A stretch of 64,000 bases of DNA from Setoptus koraiensis (lineage: Eukaryota; Animalia; Arthropoda): assembly GCA_048013815.1 (NCBI GenBank), contig CM106585.1, positions 62,001-126,000 of the forward strand, given 5' to 3'. Below the pieces are notes generated by a model that was not told the DNA's origin, did no database searches, and saw only the letters and a program-made list of their open reading frames with translations. This document shows, one piece after another, positions 47,628-61,060 of the stretch. The number at the start of each line of letters is the position of its first letter. Positions within the stretch are counted from its first letter, which is position 1. Both the position numbers and the translations under genes were made by a program.

Positions 47628-48127
47628 NNNNNNNNNNNNNNNNNNNNNNNNNNNNNNNNNNNNNNNNNNNNNNNNNNNNNNNNNNNNNNNNNNNNNNNNN
47701 NNNNNNNNNNNNNNNNNNNNNNNNNNNNNNNNNNNNNNNNNNNNNNNNNNNNNNNNNNNNNNNNNNNNNNNNNNNNNNNNNNNNNNNNNNNNNNNNNNNN
47801 NNNNNNNNNNNNNNNNNNNNNNNNNNNNNNNNNNNNNNNNNNNNNNNNNNNNNNNNNNNNNNNNNNNNNNNNNNNNNNNNNNNNNNNNNNNNNNNNNNNN
47901 NNNNNNNNNNNNNNNNNNNNNNNNNNNNNNNNNNNNNNNNNNNNNNNNNNNNNNNNNNNNNNNNNNNNNNNNNNNNNNNNNNNNNNNNNNNNNNNNNNNN
48001 NNNNNNNNNNNNNNNNNNNNNNNNNNNNNNNNNNNNNNNNNNNNNNNNNNNNNNNNNNNNNNNNNNNNNNNNNNNNNNNNNNNNNNNNNNNNNNNNNNNN
48101 NNNNNNNNNNNNNNNNNNNNNNNNNNN
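47628..48127. other. Assembly gap (500 N)
   Basis: Run of N characters. Confidence 0.99.
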
Positions 48128-51100
48128 CCCCATAAAGAGGGGAAGTTGTGTTTGGAGGTTTGAGTTGTAGGGAATTTTTAGATAGTAGGTTTTAGTGGGA
48201 TGGTTATAGGTGTTGTTCTGTGAGTGGATGTGAAGAGGGGGTGATGGTGGTGGGTGTGGGGTGGTGGGGGGGTGGGGAGGGATTGGTGCGGTGTTGTGGG
48301 TGGTGGAGGTGATGGGTGTGGTGTGTGGTGGTGTCTGTTTGGTGGATCTGGGCTGGGTTGGGGTGGTGTGGTGGTCTGGAGAGTGGTTTTGGGGGTCGGT
48401 GTGGGTAGGTGGGGGTGGGGGGTGGGGTGGTGAGTTTGTTGTGGTATGTTGTCTGGTGTGTGGAGTGGTGGGATCGGAGGGTGTGTTGTGGTGGCGGTGG
48501 TGTGGTTGTGTGTGATGCGGGTTTGTGGTTGTGTGGTGGCGTTGGTGGGGGGGGAATAGTTATTTCTTTTATAATATCTATTTATATACTTTATTTTTTG
48601 TTTATTATTATATATTATAATTATAAATTACTACTAATAATTATTAATTCTCATTATTTTTTCAAACAAAACAAACAAAAAAAAAAAAACAAAAAATAAA
48701 AAAAAAAAAAAAAACAAAAACAATAAAAAAACACAAAAATAAAAACAAAAAATAAAAAAAAAAAAAAAAAAAACAAAATAAAAACAACAAACACAAAAAA
48801 TAAAACAAAAAAACAAAAACCAAAAACAAAACAAACAAACACAAAACACAAAAAAACACCAAACAAAACAAAAAACAAAACCAAAAAAAACACCAAAAAA
48901 CAACACAAAACAAACACACAAAAAAAAAAACAAAAAAAACAAACAAAAATAAAAACAAACCAAAACAACACCACAAAAAAAAAAACAAAAAAACAAAACA
49001 AAAAAAAAAAAAAAAATATAACAAAAACAACCAAACAAAAACAAAAAAAAAAAAAACACAAACCACCCAAACAACCACCAACACAACAAACAAACAACAA
49101 AACAAAACCACAAAAAAAACAACACCAAAACCAACAAACACACACAACCCAAACCACAAAACACAACAACACACCAAACAAACACACCAACACCACCACA
49201 CCACACACACAACACAACAAAAACACAAAAAAAACACAAAAACACAACAAAACAAAAAACACAAACAAAAACAAAAAAAAAAAAACCAACAAAAACTTAC
49301 AAAAAAACAAAAACAACACAAACAACAAAACCAAAACAAAACAAAAACACAAAAAAAACCAACAAAAACAAACACAAAACAAACAAAAAACACCAAACAA
49401 ACAAAACAACAAAAAACAAACAACACACAACCAACAACAAACCCAACACCACCAACAAAACAACACCACAAACCAACAACAACACAAACAACCCACCAAC
49501 AAACACAAAACACAAAAAAACACACAAACAAACACCAAACAACAAACACCAACACACAACACACAACACCCAAAACACAACACAAAAAACACCCCAACAA
49601 AACCAAAAACAAAAACACCAACACCAAACCACAAAAACACCAACACAAACCAAAAACAAAACCCAAACACCAAAAAAAACAACCAAACAAACACAAACAA
49701 AAAAAAAAAACAAAAACACAACCAAACAAAAACCAAAACAACAAAAAAACACAAACAAAACAAACAAAACAACCAAAAACAAAACCAAACACAAAAACAC
49801 AAAACACAAAAAACACAAACAACAACACAAAAACAAAAACCAAAAAAACAACAACAAAAAACACAAAAAAACACAACAACAACACCAAAACACAACACAA
49901 AAACAAAAAACACAAAAAACCAACAAACAAAAAACAAAAAAAACCACAACCAAAAAAAACAAAACACAAAAAACAAACACAAAAAACAAACAAAAAACAA
50001 AAACAAAACCAACAAAAACCAAAACACACACAACACAAAAAAAACACAAAACAAAAACAGAATACAAAACAAACACACACAAAAAACAAACACAACCAAA
50101 AACCAACAACAACCAAAACAAAAACACAACCACTAAACAACCACAAAACACCCACACAACAAACACAAACGAAACACAACTAAAACAACAACCAACACAA
50201 AACAGCAAACAAAACAAAAAACCACACAAACAACAAATCACAAAAAATAAAAAACACACAAACAAAACAAAAACACAAAAAACAAAACAAAAACAAACAA
50301 AAACAAAACACAAACAACACCCCCACAAAACACACACAATAACAAAAAACAAAAAACCACAACACACAAACACCCCACAACAACAACCAAACACACCCAC
50401 ACACAAAACACCACCACCCAACCCCACACACACCCCCACACCACCACCCACCACAAACCACCACCCACAACACAAAAAACCACACACCCACTCACCAACA
50501 CAAACCCCAAACACCAAAAACCCAACAAACCCACCACACACCACAAACCACCAATCACCAACCCGACCACACAAACAACCCACACAACACAACACACACA
50601 CACAACACCACGCACCATACACCCCAACACCAACAACACAACAAACAACAAAAACAAACCAAACAACCCAAAAGCAATACAAAAACAAACCAACAAAAAA
50701 AAACAAAAACAAAACCACAAAAACAAACAACACACACAACAAAACAAAAACCAAAAACAACAAAACACACCCAAACCACTCAAACAAAAACCACAAAAAA
50801 ACTAAAAAACCAACAAAACATACAACAAAAACACAACCCACACACACTCAACAAACACATAAAACCACAACAAACAACAACCAAAACAAACACAAAAACC
50901 AAACAAACAACAAACAAACAAATCAAACACAAAACACACAAAAAAAACAAAAAACAACCAAATCAAAAAACAACATATAAACACAACACAAACACAACAC
51001 AAAACACACAAAAACAAACATAACACATCACACACACACAACAAACACCAGCAACACAGACGCAAATCAAAAAACAAAAGCAAACAACAAAACAATAAAA

Positions 51101-54100
51101 AAAACAAAAACCACACAAAAACACACAAACACAAAAACACCACACCACAACAAAACAAGACAAACCAAAACAAACAAACCAACACAATAACATAACACCA
51201 AACACAAAACACAAAAAAACACAAACAAAATAAACAAACAAAAAACAAACAAAAACACCAAGAAAAACACACACCAACAAAACAAACAAACAAAAAAACA
51301 AAAACAAATACAAAAACAAAAAAAAACACAAAAAAAACAAAAACAACACAGACAAAACAAACACAACAAAACACAAACAACAAAACACAAAAACACAACA
51401 AACAAACAAATAAAAACACGAACAAACACCAAAATACACAAACAAAAACAACAAAAAAAAACACAAACAAAAACAAACAAAACAATATAAAAACAACAAA
51501 AAACACAACTCAACACAAACTCCGACACAATAACCTAAGAAGAACAAAAACGGACGACAAAATCAAAAAAAAGTAAACAAAAACATAAGACAACAGAACG
51601 CAAAAAAATCACCAATCAACAAAGGGTAACAACAAAAAAACAGTAAGAAAAAACCTTCCACGGAACAGTAACAAAAACGAAAAAAAAAAAAAAATATGAC
51701 AACGAGCGCAACAAGAAAACAACAAAAAATAAACAAAGAAACGTAATAAAAACAAACGAAAAATAAACTGAAACAAGATCGAAAGAAACCCAAAAAAAAA
51801 GAAAAAAAACAGACTAAGAGGAAATGAACGAAAAGAAAAATTGTGGTCAAGACCAAAAAAAAACAAAATAAGCAGCAAAAAACAAAGAAAACATCCAATA
51901 AAAAGAGGCATATATAACCAACAAAAAAACCCAAAAAAAAACACTCTAAAACGACAAAAGAACAACTACCCAAAGAAGATAAAAAGAATAAAAACCCCCG
52001 ACACAACATCAATAATACCAGTAAACAAACAGGAATAAGACTACAACGAAAGAACCAAAACACGATGAACAATATCAACACAAAACAAGAGGAATAAGAA
52101 AAGCCAAAGAACAACCAACAACACATACAAAAGACACACAAATAGTACACACCGAGAAACAACGAAACCAAAAACGCAAATGACCCTTAAGAGCAAGCGA
52201 AGAGATACACCCAACCTCAAATCAACAAAAACGCCATTCACGCAAACACTACAGAACACAAGACAACAACAAAAAAAAGCCAAAAAAAAAAATAATAACC
52301 AAAAAAAAACGGAACAGAGACCAAAAAAAAGATACAAACAACAAAAACAAAGGTAAACAAATCCAACACAAAAGCCGACAAAACCAACACAGAACACACA
52401 CAAAACCAGTCCATTTACAAAAGAGAAAAACACAGACGAAACACCCCGGCCAAAAAAGAACAGCAGAAAACAACACGTAAATCACAAGATAAGCATCCAT
52501 TTAAAAAACCCAAACAAAATAGAAATTCATAAAAACAAAAACCAGACAAACAGAGCCAAACAACACACCGAACAAGTACACACAGGGCCGTGAACAACAC
52601 CAACAATCAACAAAATCAGTAAAACCACCTATCAACTAAAATAAAAAAACAAAACCCAAGACCCAGCAAACAACACCAAACAACAAAGCCCCGACAACAG
52701 AATAGCAGATAAAAAATCCCGAAAGCATCCCACCACTTAACCACAACACAATGCCCAAAAAATTAACACCCATCCAAAACACAAACAATCAAAAACACAT
52801 CATAAAATAAATTGCCCTCAAACAGTCATAAAAAAACACACAAAGAACAACATAAAAAAAACAAAAATTCAACGAAACATAAAACAAAACCCGATAAAAC
52901 AATAAACAAAATAACTACAGACACACAAACAAACAAGAAACAACAAACCAAAAAGACAAAAAAACATCAAACACCTAAAAGAAAAATCAAACCACGACAA
53001 ACCAAAACACACCCATTAAAAAAATAGCCCCAAATAGGCCAGCAAGAAAAAAAATCACTAAACGACACAAAAGAATACAAAAATAAAAAAAGAAAAGACA
53101 GACAAAGAAAACATAATACAAAGAACAAAAACGTTAGAAAAAATAAAAGGTACAAAAATACAAAAGAAGAAAAAAACAGAAAAAACACACAAGCCAAAAC
53201 ACAAAAAACGCACACCAAGCTACACCCCAAAACCCCACAACAACAGAATAAAAAATAAGCAAAACGAAACAAAAGCGACAATATCAAAACCCGACAATAG
53301 AGCACAAGCAAAGAAGATATCAAGCAACCACAACAACACAAATAAAACCAACCCATAAAAAAACCAACTAAAAAAACGAAACAAAAAAAACACATAGCTA
53401 CAACAAATATGCAAAAAATTACAGCCCAAGAACAACCACACCCAACAAAAAAGTCCAAAAAAAACGTTAAAACAAAACTAACACCGAGAACCCACAGAAC
53501 GAGCATCAAAAATATAAAAAGAGAAAAACGACAAACAAGTCAAAACAAAAAAGCCCAATAAAGGCAACAAAAAACATAGCGCCAACAGAAATAAAACGAA
53601 CCAACACACAAAAGAAAAACACATAATCCAAAACAATCACAAAACAAAAAACGACAAAAACAAAACGAACCAGAGAAAAAAATAACTACAAAAAAGCCCA
53701 GCACACAATATACAGAAAAAAAAACCAAGATACACAGACCTAAGCAACAAAGACAAGACAACCAGAAGAAAAAAGATAAACAAAGAATAAAAATCATACA
53801 AACGACCAAAAAATCAACAAAAAGAGCGCAAAAAAGATAGAAACAAAAAAGAAAACCAAGAAACCAAAAGAAGAAAACGAAAAACAAAGAAGCAACTAGA
53901 AACCAGAAAAATAAATAAACCTACACACACAGTAGAAAAAAAACGAAAAAATAGCAAACTACTATAGAAAGGTGAAACAAAAGGATAACACATCATAAAA
54001 ACAAACCGATAAAAAATAACCCAAAATCCAAAAGACCAACAACCAAACAGAACAACACCCAAAACAACAAAAATAATCCCAATAAACAACAAAATTCGAA

Positions 54101-57100
54101 ATATAAAAAAAAGAAGAAGCAAGACAAGATGATTACAAACTCAAAAAAACGCACACACAAAAAAATACAATCTATACAAAGCAGAAAACGACAAAACACA
54201 TCACGACTAAAAAACCAAACATCCAAATGACAAAAACTCAAACCTAACAAATATCAACCACGCAAAAAGAACTCGAGAAACCCACCCATCACAAACCTAC
54301 AAGGGACGACTTGAGAGACAACAACAACGCATATAACAAAAAGCCAAAAAGACAAAAATAAACGGCAACCTAAAACACGAAATAAAACAATAAAAAGAAA
54401 CCAAAAGTAAAAATAAACCTAAAAGACATAAAAGCAACATACACGTCCGAAAGACACCAAAGCTAATAAGAAACATAAAAACAAGAAAACAAACCAAAAA
54501 AAAAAAACAAACTTCCCACAACAAGCAGAAAAAGCAAAACAAAAAAAAAAGTAAAAAAAGACAAAGGCAAAAAAACGACAACCAAACCTATCCAAAAAAC
54601 TCCAGACATACAGAAAAACACAAGAACAAGGAATAAAAACAAAAAAAACCTAAAACCATATACAAATAAAAAGAGAACACAAATCCAATCAATACGACAC
54701 AATACAAAACAAATTAAAATCCAAAATGTACACTTAACAACACAAAAAACGAAAAACGAGACGCACAGCTAAAACCAGAAAAGTAAAAATAAACGAATAA
54801 TAATAAAAAGTCAACTAAACAAATAAGACAAACCGCTCCCAATAAGCGAGCCAACCAAACAAAGACAAAAATAATTAAACGCATAAAAAACCAAAGCCAA
54901 AGACACGATAAGAAAAATAACAAAACCTAAAGAAACCAGAGAAAAACACGCACCATAAAACACGAAACACAAGGAGGACAGTACCACACAAACAACCGAC
55001 ACCAAAAAAAAAAACAAAGCAACAACACATGAAAAACAAACAGACAAATAAACAAAAAAAATTGCAAGAAACCAAGAACATAGAAAAACAAATACTGTAC
55101 TTGAACAAGGAAAGACAAAACTGATTACAAACCAAAAAAGAACAAAGAAGAAAAAGACACATAACAACAGAAAATCACACAAACCGACCGGAAAAAGAAC
55201 AACAATCACAAAAAACGGAAACCACATAAGAAACAAACCTAAACAGAAGTAGAATTTCATTAACAGAACCTATACGAAAAAAAAAAGTGAGAAAATACAG
55301 ACAAATGATAGACCACACATCCAAAAGAGAAATAAAAAACAAGGACAACAGACTAAAAACTAAACGAATAAAAACATATTAAAAAAAAGAAAAATGCAAA
55401 ATGAAAGAAAGAAAACGAAACAGCCGGTGGAAAAGCCAAACAAAAAACGGAACAACAAAACAAAATAAAAAACAACAATCAGGAACAAGCAAAGGACTGC
55501 GAAAAACAGCACAAAAAAAAAGACAAAAAAAGAAAACAACGGTAACTCACGATCTTAATGATAATTACACTAACAACGTTAAAAAAGAGCGTAGTCCAAA
55601 ACAGAGATATACCAGACGAACCCCAGGCACACAATGACTACGATTCTCAAACAAAAAAAAACTCCAAAAAAAAAAGACCCAAGCAAAAAACGAAAAAACA
55701 CGAATACAGCAGACCGGATCACACCCAAGCAACAACCACCCTATACCAAGGCTCCACCACAAATATACTTCACCCCACAACGAACCAACGTAAATCATAA
55801 ATAACAAAAAACACACCACGGACATGAGAAAATCTCAACGACAAAGGAAACCAAAGCATACCCAATATCCTGAAACCACAACAATTCGATAAACTCAACC
55901 CCCAAAACCAAAAACCAGACGAACATCACCCTGCAAAACAGGGCAAAACAACTTCCTGAAAAAAAAGAAAACAAAAGTTAACTCCAAAACGTACAAACAA
56001 AAAACACCAACCCTCCCAGCATTACGGCGTCTCACAAAAAACATAACGCTAACCACAATTAAAACCTTAACACCCCCACAACTCCCACACAAGCACCAAC
56101 CCCAACCCGCCCCACCCCCCAACCCAACAGCATGACAACACCATCACCCCCACAAAAAACAATAAACATCTACAAAATAACTATTCCGGCAACTGAACAC
56201 CACCTAATAAAAAACAACAACAAAGAAAAGAAAACAAAATGACGAACCAGACCCAACCAAGCCAACAAACCATTAAAAAAAAAAAAATGAGAGACAAACC
56301 AAGAAGACCGACAAACACCAAAACACTAAACAGCCACACAACTCGAAGATAACTACAATAGACTCACAACACAAAGACAACAAAGGACAACCAGGAAAAA
56401 CCAAAACAACCCGACAAACAAACCACAAAAAAAAAACAAAAAGACTACAGACAAAAAAAAAAACAACACAAAAAAAAAAACAACAAAAAAAAAAATACAA
56501 AAAAAACAAAAGCCACACAATAAAAAAACTACCACATGAATATACCAGAAAAAACAAAAACAATAATAAGCAAACAAAAACCCCTATATTAACAAAAGAG
56601 AAAACAGAGAAAAACAAACACGAAGACGAAGATCAATTAAAAAAAGGAAAACACCAATTCAACTTCCTCTTATAACAAAAGCACAGCAACAAAAGAGGAA
56701 ACTCAAAAAAACAACAAGAAAGACAAAACAACCCAAAAAAGACAAGACAAAATAGTACAAAAAGAAAAACAAAGAACTAAAACAACGTCACAATACGACA
56801 CCAACACCCGAAGACACACAAACACCATAAACAAAACTACCAAAACCTAAAAACAAATCAAAACAGAAAACAAGCCCACAAAAAGAATCGTGACACCAAC
56901 AAAAGCCACAAAAAAAGCAAAGAAACTAAGAACAGCCAAACATCACCATCGTAAACCAACAATAAAAAAACCAACCACTAGACATCAAAACACAATTAAA
57001 AACAAACCAGAACACACAAAACATGACACAATGAAATATCAACAAAAATATGCCAAGCACAAGTCACAAAAGAAAGAAATAAACACGAGTACAAAATGAA

Positions 57101-60100
57101 AACAAGCAAAAAACACAACATAAAAAAATAAAAACCGACCCACACACAAAACCCGCAGACAAAAGAAGATATAACGAGAAAAAAAAACACACAAAAAAAA
57201 TAACAAGGAGCCACAAACAACGGACAAAAAAAAAACAAAGCACGACCACCACAAAACAAGCCACACATCAAAAGCCACAAACACAACTGACCCAAAAAAT
57301 AACGAACCCAAATGGAAAACCCCAAAAAAAAAACACACAAAAAACAAATACACGGAGCAAGTAAGAAAAAAAAAGAAACCATAAACACACCGAGAAACAA
57401 AGTGAAAACACTAAAGAACCAAGCCACTGAAGAAAGAAACATGAAAACAAACGAAACACAAACAAAAACGAGACAAATAACAACACCTAAATTACAAGAG
57501 AAACCAAACAACACAGGACTGGCCCCAACAGTCCTCACGCACAATAACAACCAACATCCCGCCCGCCAACCACCCAACACAAAATAACTCCAGCGAAACC
57601 CCAAAGGAACAAACAAATCACAGGAGACACAAAAACGGAAAAACCACTAAAAACACACAGGGCAAAAGTAACGAGAAACGTACACTGCTAAAAAACCAAA
57701 CATACAAACAACCACACCCAAACCACCAATTAAACACCACCCAGATATATATTACCAAAACAACAAACCGACTCCACATACCTATACCATACTAGAAAAC
57801 ACTCAAACCAAACCTCAGTTGCAAAATCCGACAGTATAAGTGCACTCAAAAAAAAACCACAAAAACCACCTGACAAAGGACCCGCTTACGCAACCAAGAA
57901 CATAAACACGACAAAAAAACAAAAACCAAACGCAAACAATCAAAACAGAACAAAACCTCAAGAAAACCCCTAAAAAAAACCACACAAACAATAAGAACGG
58001 GATATCACTCAAAAAAGGACCCAGTGATATGGACCAGCGAAAAATCCAACCTAAAAAAAAAAGAAACCACTCAAAAAGCAAATAAAAACAGAAAGAAACA
58101 CACAACCGAAAAGCAACAAACACCTAAAAAAAAAACACTAAGACGAAGCAACTAAGACCGAGAAAAAAACACAAAAAAGAAAAACATCAAAACGAATCCG
58201 AAACCCCATACTCCAACAAAATTGAATAAAACACACCTAAACATTAAAAAAAAGCCAAAAAAAAAGAAAAAACATAGAAACAAAACAGTAACACGTTTCA
58301 GAAAACACCACATCCTCTATACCCCCAACCTCAACTACACCCAACCCCGAGGCAGCAACACCCAAGTCAGAAAACTACACCCACGCCCCAATACCCCTAA
58401 AGAAATAAAGCTACCCAAAAAAGTAAAAGAACCACAAATAAGCAAACCACAACACACCACAACAAAAACGACAAAAAAAAACCAAACAACCCACTCGTCA
58501 AAACAACAGGACAAACCACGAAAAAATCGAAAAAAAAAGAACATACCACTATACAAATACAACAAAAACCGACTAAACCGCCCCAAAAAACGCAATCAAA
58601 CCAAGCGAGAGACAACATGGAGAGCACAAAGGGATAACGAAACTCACACAACACAAAGTTTCACGAAACACAACGAACGCAAATAGATAACCCAGAGCAA
58701 AACCCACAAAAAAAAAACACATCAAAAAACAAGACGCAAGATCCCACAAATGAAATAATTGAAACGACAAGTACAAACGAACACCCAAAAAAATACAAAG
58801 AAACCAAGAACAACAAAAACGTAAAACTACTATTAACACAAATGAACAGTAAATAAAAGCAGCATACGAACACAAACAATACCACACACAAAAGCATCTA
58901 CCAAAAAAAAGACAAACATCACGATCAATAGAAAAAAACAAAACTTAAACAAGAGAACCCACCTACTACAAAAATAATAAACACACTACAACTAAAATGA
59001 AACTTAATATCATAAACCTAACGAAGCATAAAAAGGAAACTAAACAAACACCAAGAGAAAACTCCAAAGACCAGAAGATAAAGAAAACAAAAAAACCAGA
59101 AACGACAGTACAGTCTACGATACAAAATACGCGTAAATAAAGGAAAAAAACACAAAAAAAAAAAAAAGGAAAGAGAAAAAAACCGAACCAGAAAGAACAG
59201 ACAAAATACAAACAAAACTATAACAGGACAAAACAATAAAAAAACAGACAAAAAAACATAAATAAAAACAGAGACGCAGGAGACTAGAGCCACAACAAAA
59301 AAGAGTAAACAAATACCGAGACCAAACAAAAACACAAACAAGAACAAAACGAAAATAAAAAATCCACACCCCGCAGAATCGAGACAAAAAACAAACCCAC
59401 ATTACCAAAACAAAAAAAATTAAATATAAAAACCAACAAAAAATACCTAACGACAAACCAACCAAAAAACTCAACAAAACAAAATTAATTACGAAACAAA
59501 TCTAGAAAACAACAAAGAATACCACCAAAAAAAGCACGAGCAATATAAAAAAAAGGAAAAAAAATCAAACGAAACAATCAAAAAAATTACACAAAACAGT
59601 AAACAACAACCGAAAAAAAGCAAACTACCTCAAAATATAACCATCACACCACATTGAGCAAAGAAATCAAAAAACCCCGGAATCAAAGGTAAGAAAATAA
59701 AAAAGCAACAAAAACCTAAGAAATAAAGAATATAGAACCCCGGAGAAAAACCAGTAAACACAAAAAAAACATTGCGAACAAACAAAACAAAAAAGAAACG
59801 CAAACAAAAGGTAACACCACAAACCGCCTTATCACAATCTCGGTCCCCATCTCCCCCCTCCCGCTGCCTCCCCTCAACCATCGTCGCCCACTCTACAACT
59901 TTCCACAACACATCCCGCCCCACCCACCACCCCACCTCAACCCATCCGCCCCCCCCCTGCCCCCTTAACTTCCCCTCCCCATTCATTACCCCGCGCACCA
60001 CTCGCCCCACCCCGCTGCCCCACGAAAAAACCGACCCACAACTCTTAACAACCGACCCCGACGTGCTCACCCCTTACCATACACACTCATCGAAAACCGC

Positions 60101-60440
60101 AACAAAACACCAACACAAAACCAACACAGCAAAACGAACCAACCAACAAATATAAAACTAAGTCGAAGCAAATAACACACATAACCAAGTGCAAAAAACG
60201 AACGATTCTCCCCCACACAAACAATCAGGCCGCGTCTGAGCCCCCATACCCACCCCCCATCCCACAGCGCCTACACCCCTTACCCCCCAACCACAATGTA
60301 CGTCCACACACACCACCAACCCCCCTCCCCCCCGTCACCCCCAACCCACACAACTTACTCGAAAAGACCAATATGACCCGCACAACCCAACTCACACCCT
60401 AAAAACAAAACACCTTTCCATCCGGGTACTCAGAAAAACA
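48128..60440. other. Low-quality A/C-biased sequence, probable long-read or gap-fill artefact
   Basis: Abuts the gap. About 420 bp is G/T-rich, then about 11.8 kb is dominated by aperiodic A and C runs. ORFs encode only F/V/C/L or K/N/T/Q low-complexity strings. The right boundary is approximate. Confidence 0.85.
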
Positions 60441-61060
60441 AAATCGATATTCTTGCCGAGCCTTTCAGCCTCAGTTTGTCGTCGAAAATTCCAACTTGAA
60501 ACTTCACTACATTGACTTTAGCAAAGGCTTATGGTTTATAATGCCTTTTTATGACTTTAGTTGTCATGTGTGTTCGCTAATAGATTTGCAACTGAACTGA
60601 AAAGGCTACTCTCGCTCCTACAGTCTATTTTCCATGTGGCTTTTTTATCTAAGACAAGGCTGCAAGGTGCTACAGTTTGTGCTGCAGAAAAACAAATCTA
60701 TTCGCGAGCGCCCTTCAATGAAACTCAGTTGACAATAACCTTGGTGACAATTAAAGCCATTAGCCGATTAGTTACTGGTCGATTAGAAGCGCCAGCCTGT
60801 TGTGTAATATGCTACTAGCGATGAGTCCAGATGGATTATCCATTTGTTGTTGTTTATATATCCGTGCAACAATAGACCATTGTCAAGTGTGAACCATAAG
60901 TCACACTCATCAAAATCACAAGCGTCAAATTGGATGCTATCTATTCTCAGTGAGACACCAAACAGATTCCATCGTCTCGATTATCTCGCCCAATCAGAAG
61001 GAAGAGTTAAGCGAAGAGAAGAGAACAAGTGTCGAATCAAAACACACACTCCATTTGACC

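Noticed and set aside
48128-60440. Dozens of long F/V/C/L-rich and K/T/N-rich ORFs, up to 516 aa
   Set aside because: They arise because an A/C-only strand and its complement rarely contain stop codons. There are no motifs, and the region is a probable artefact.
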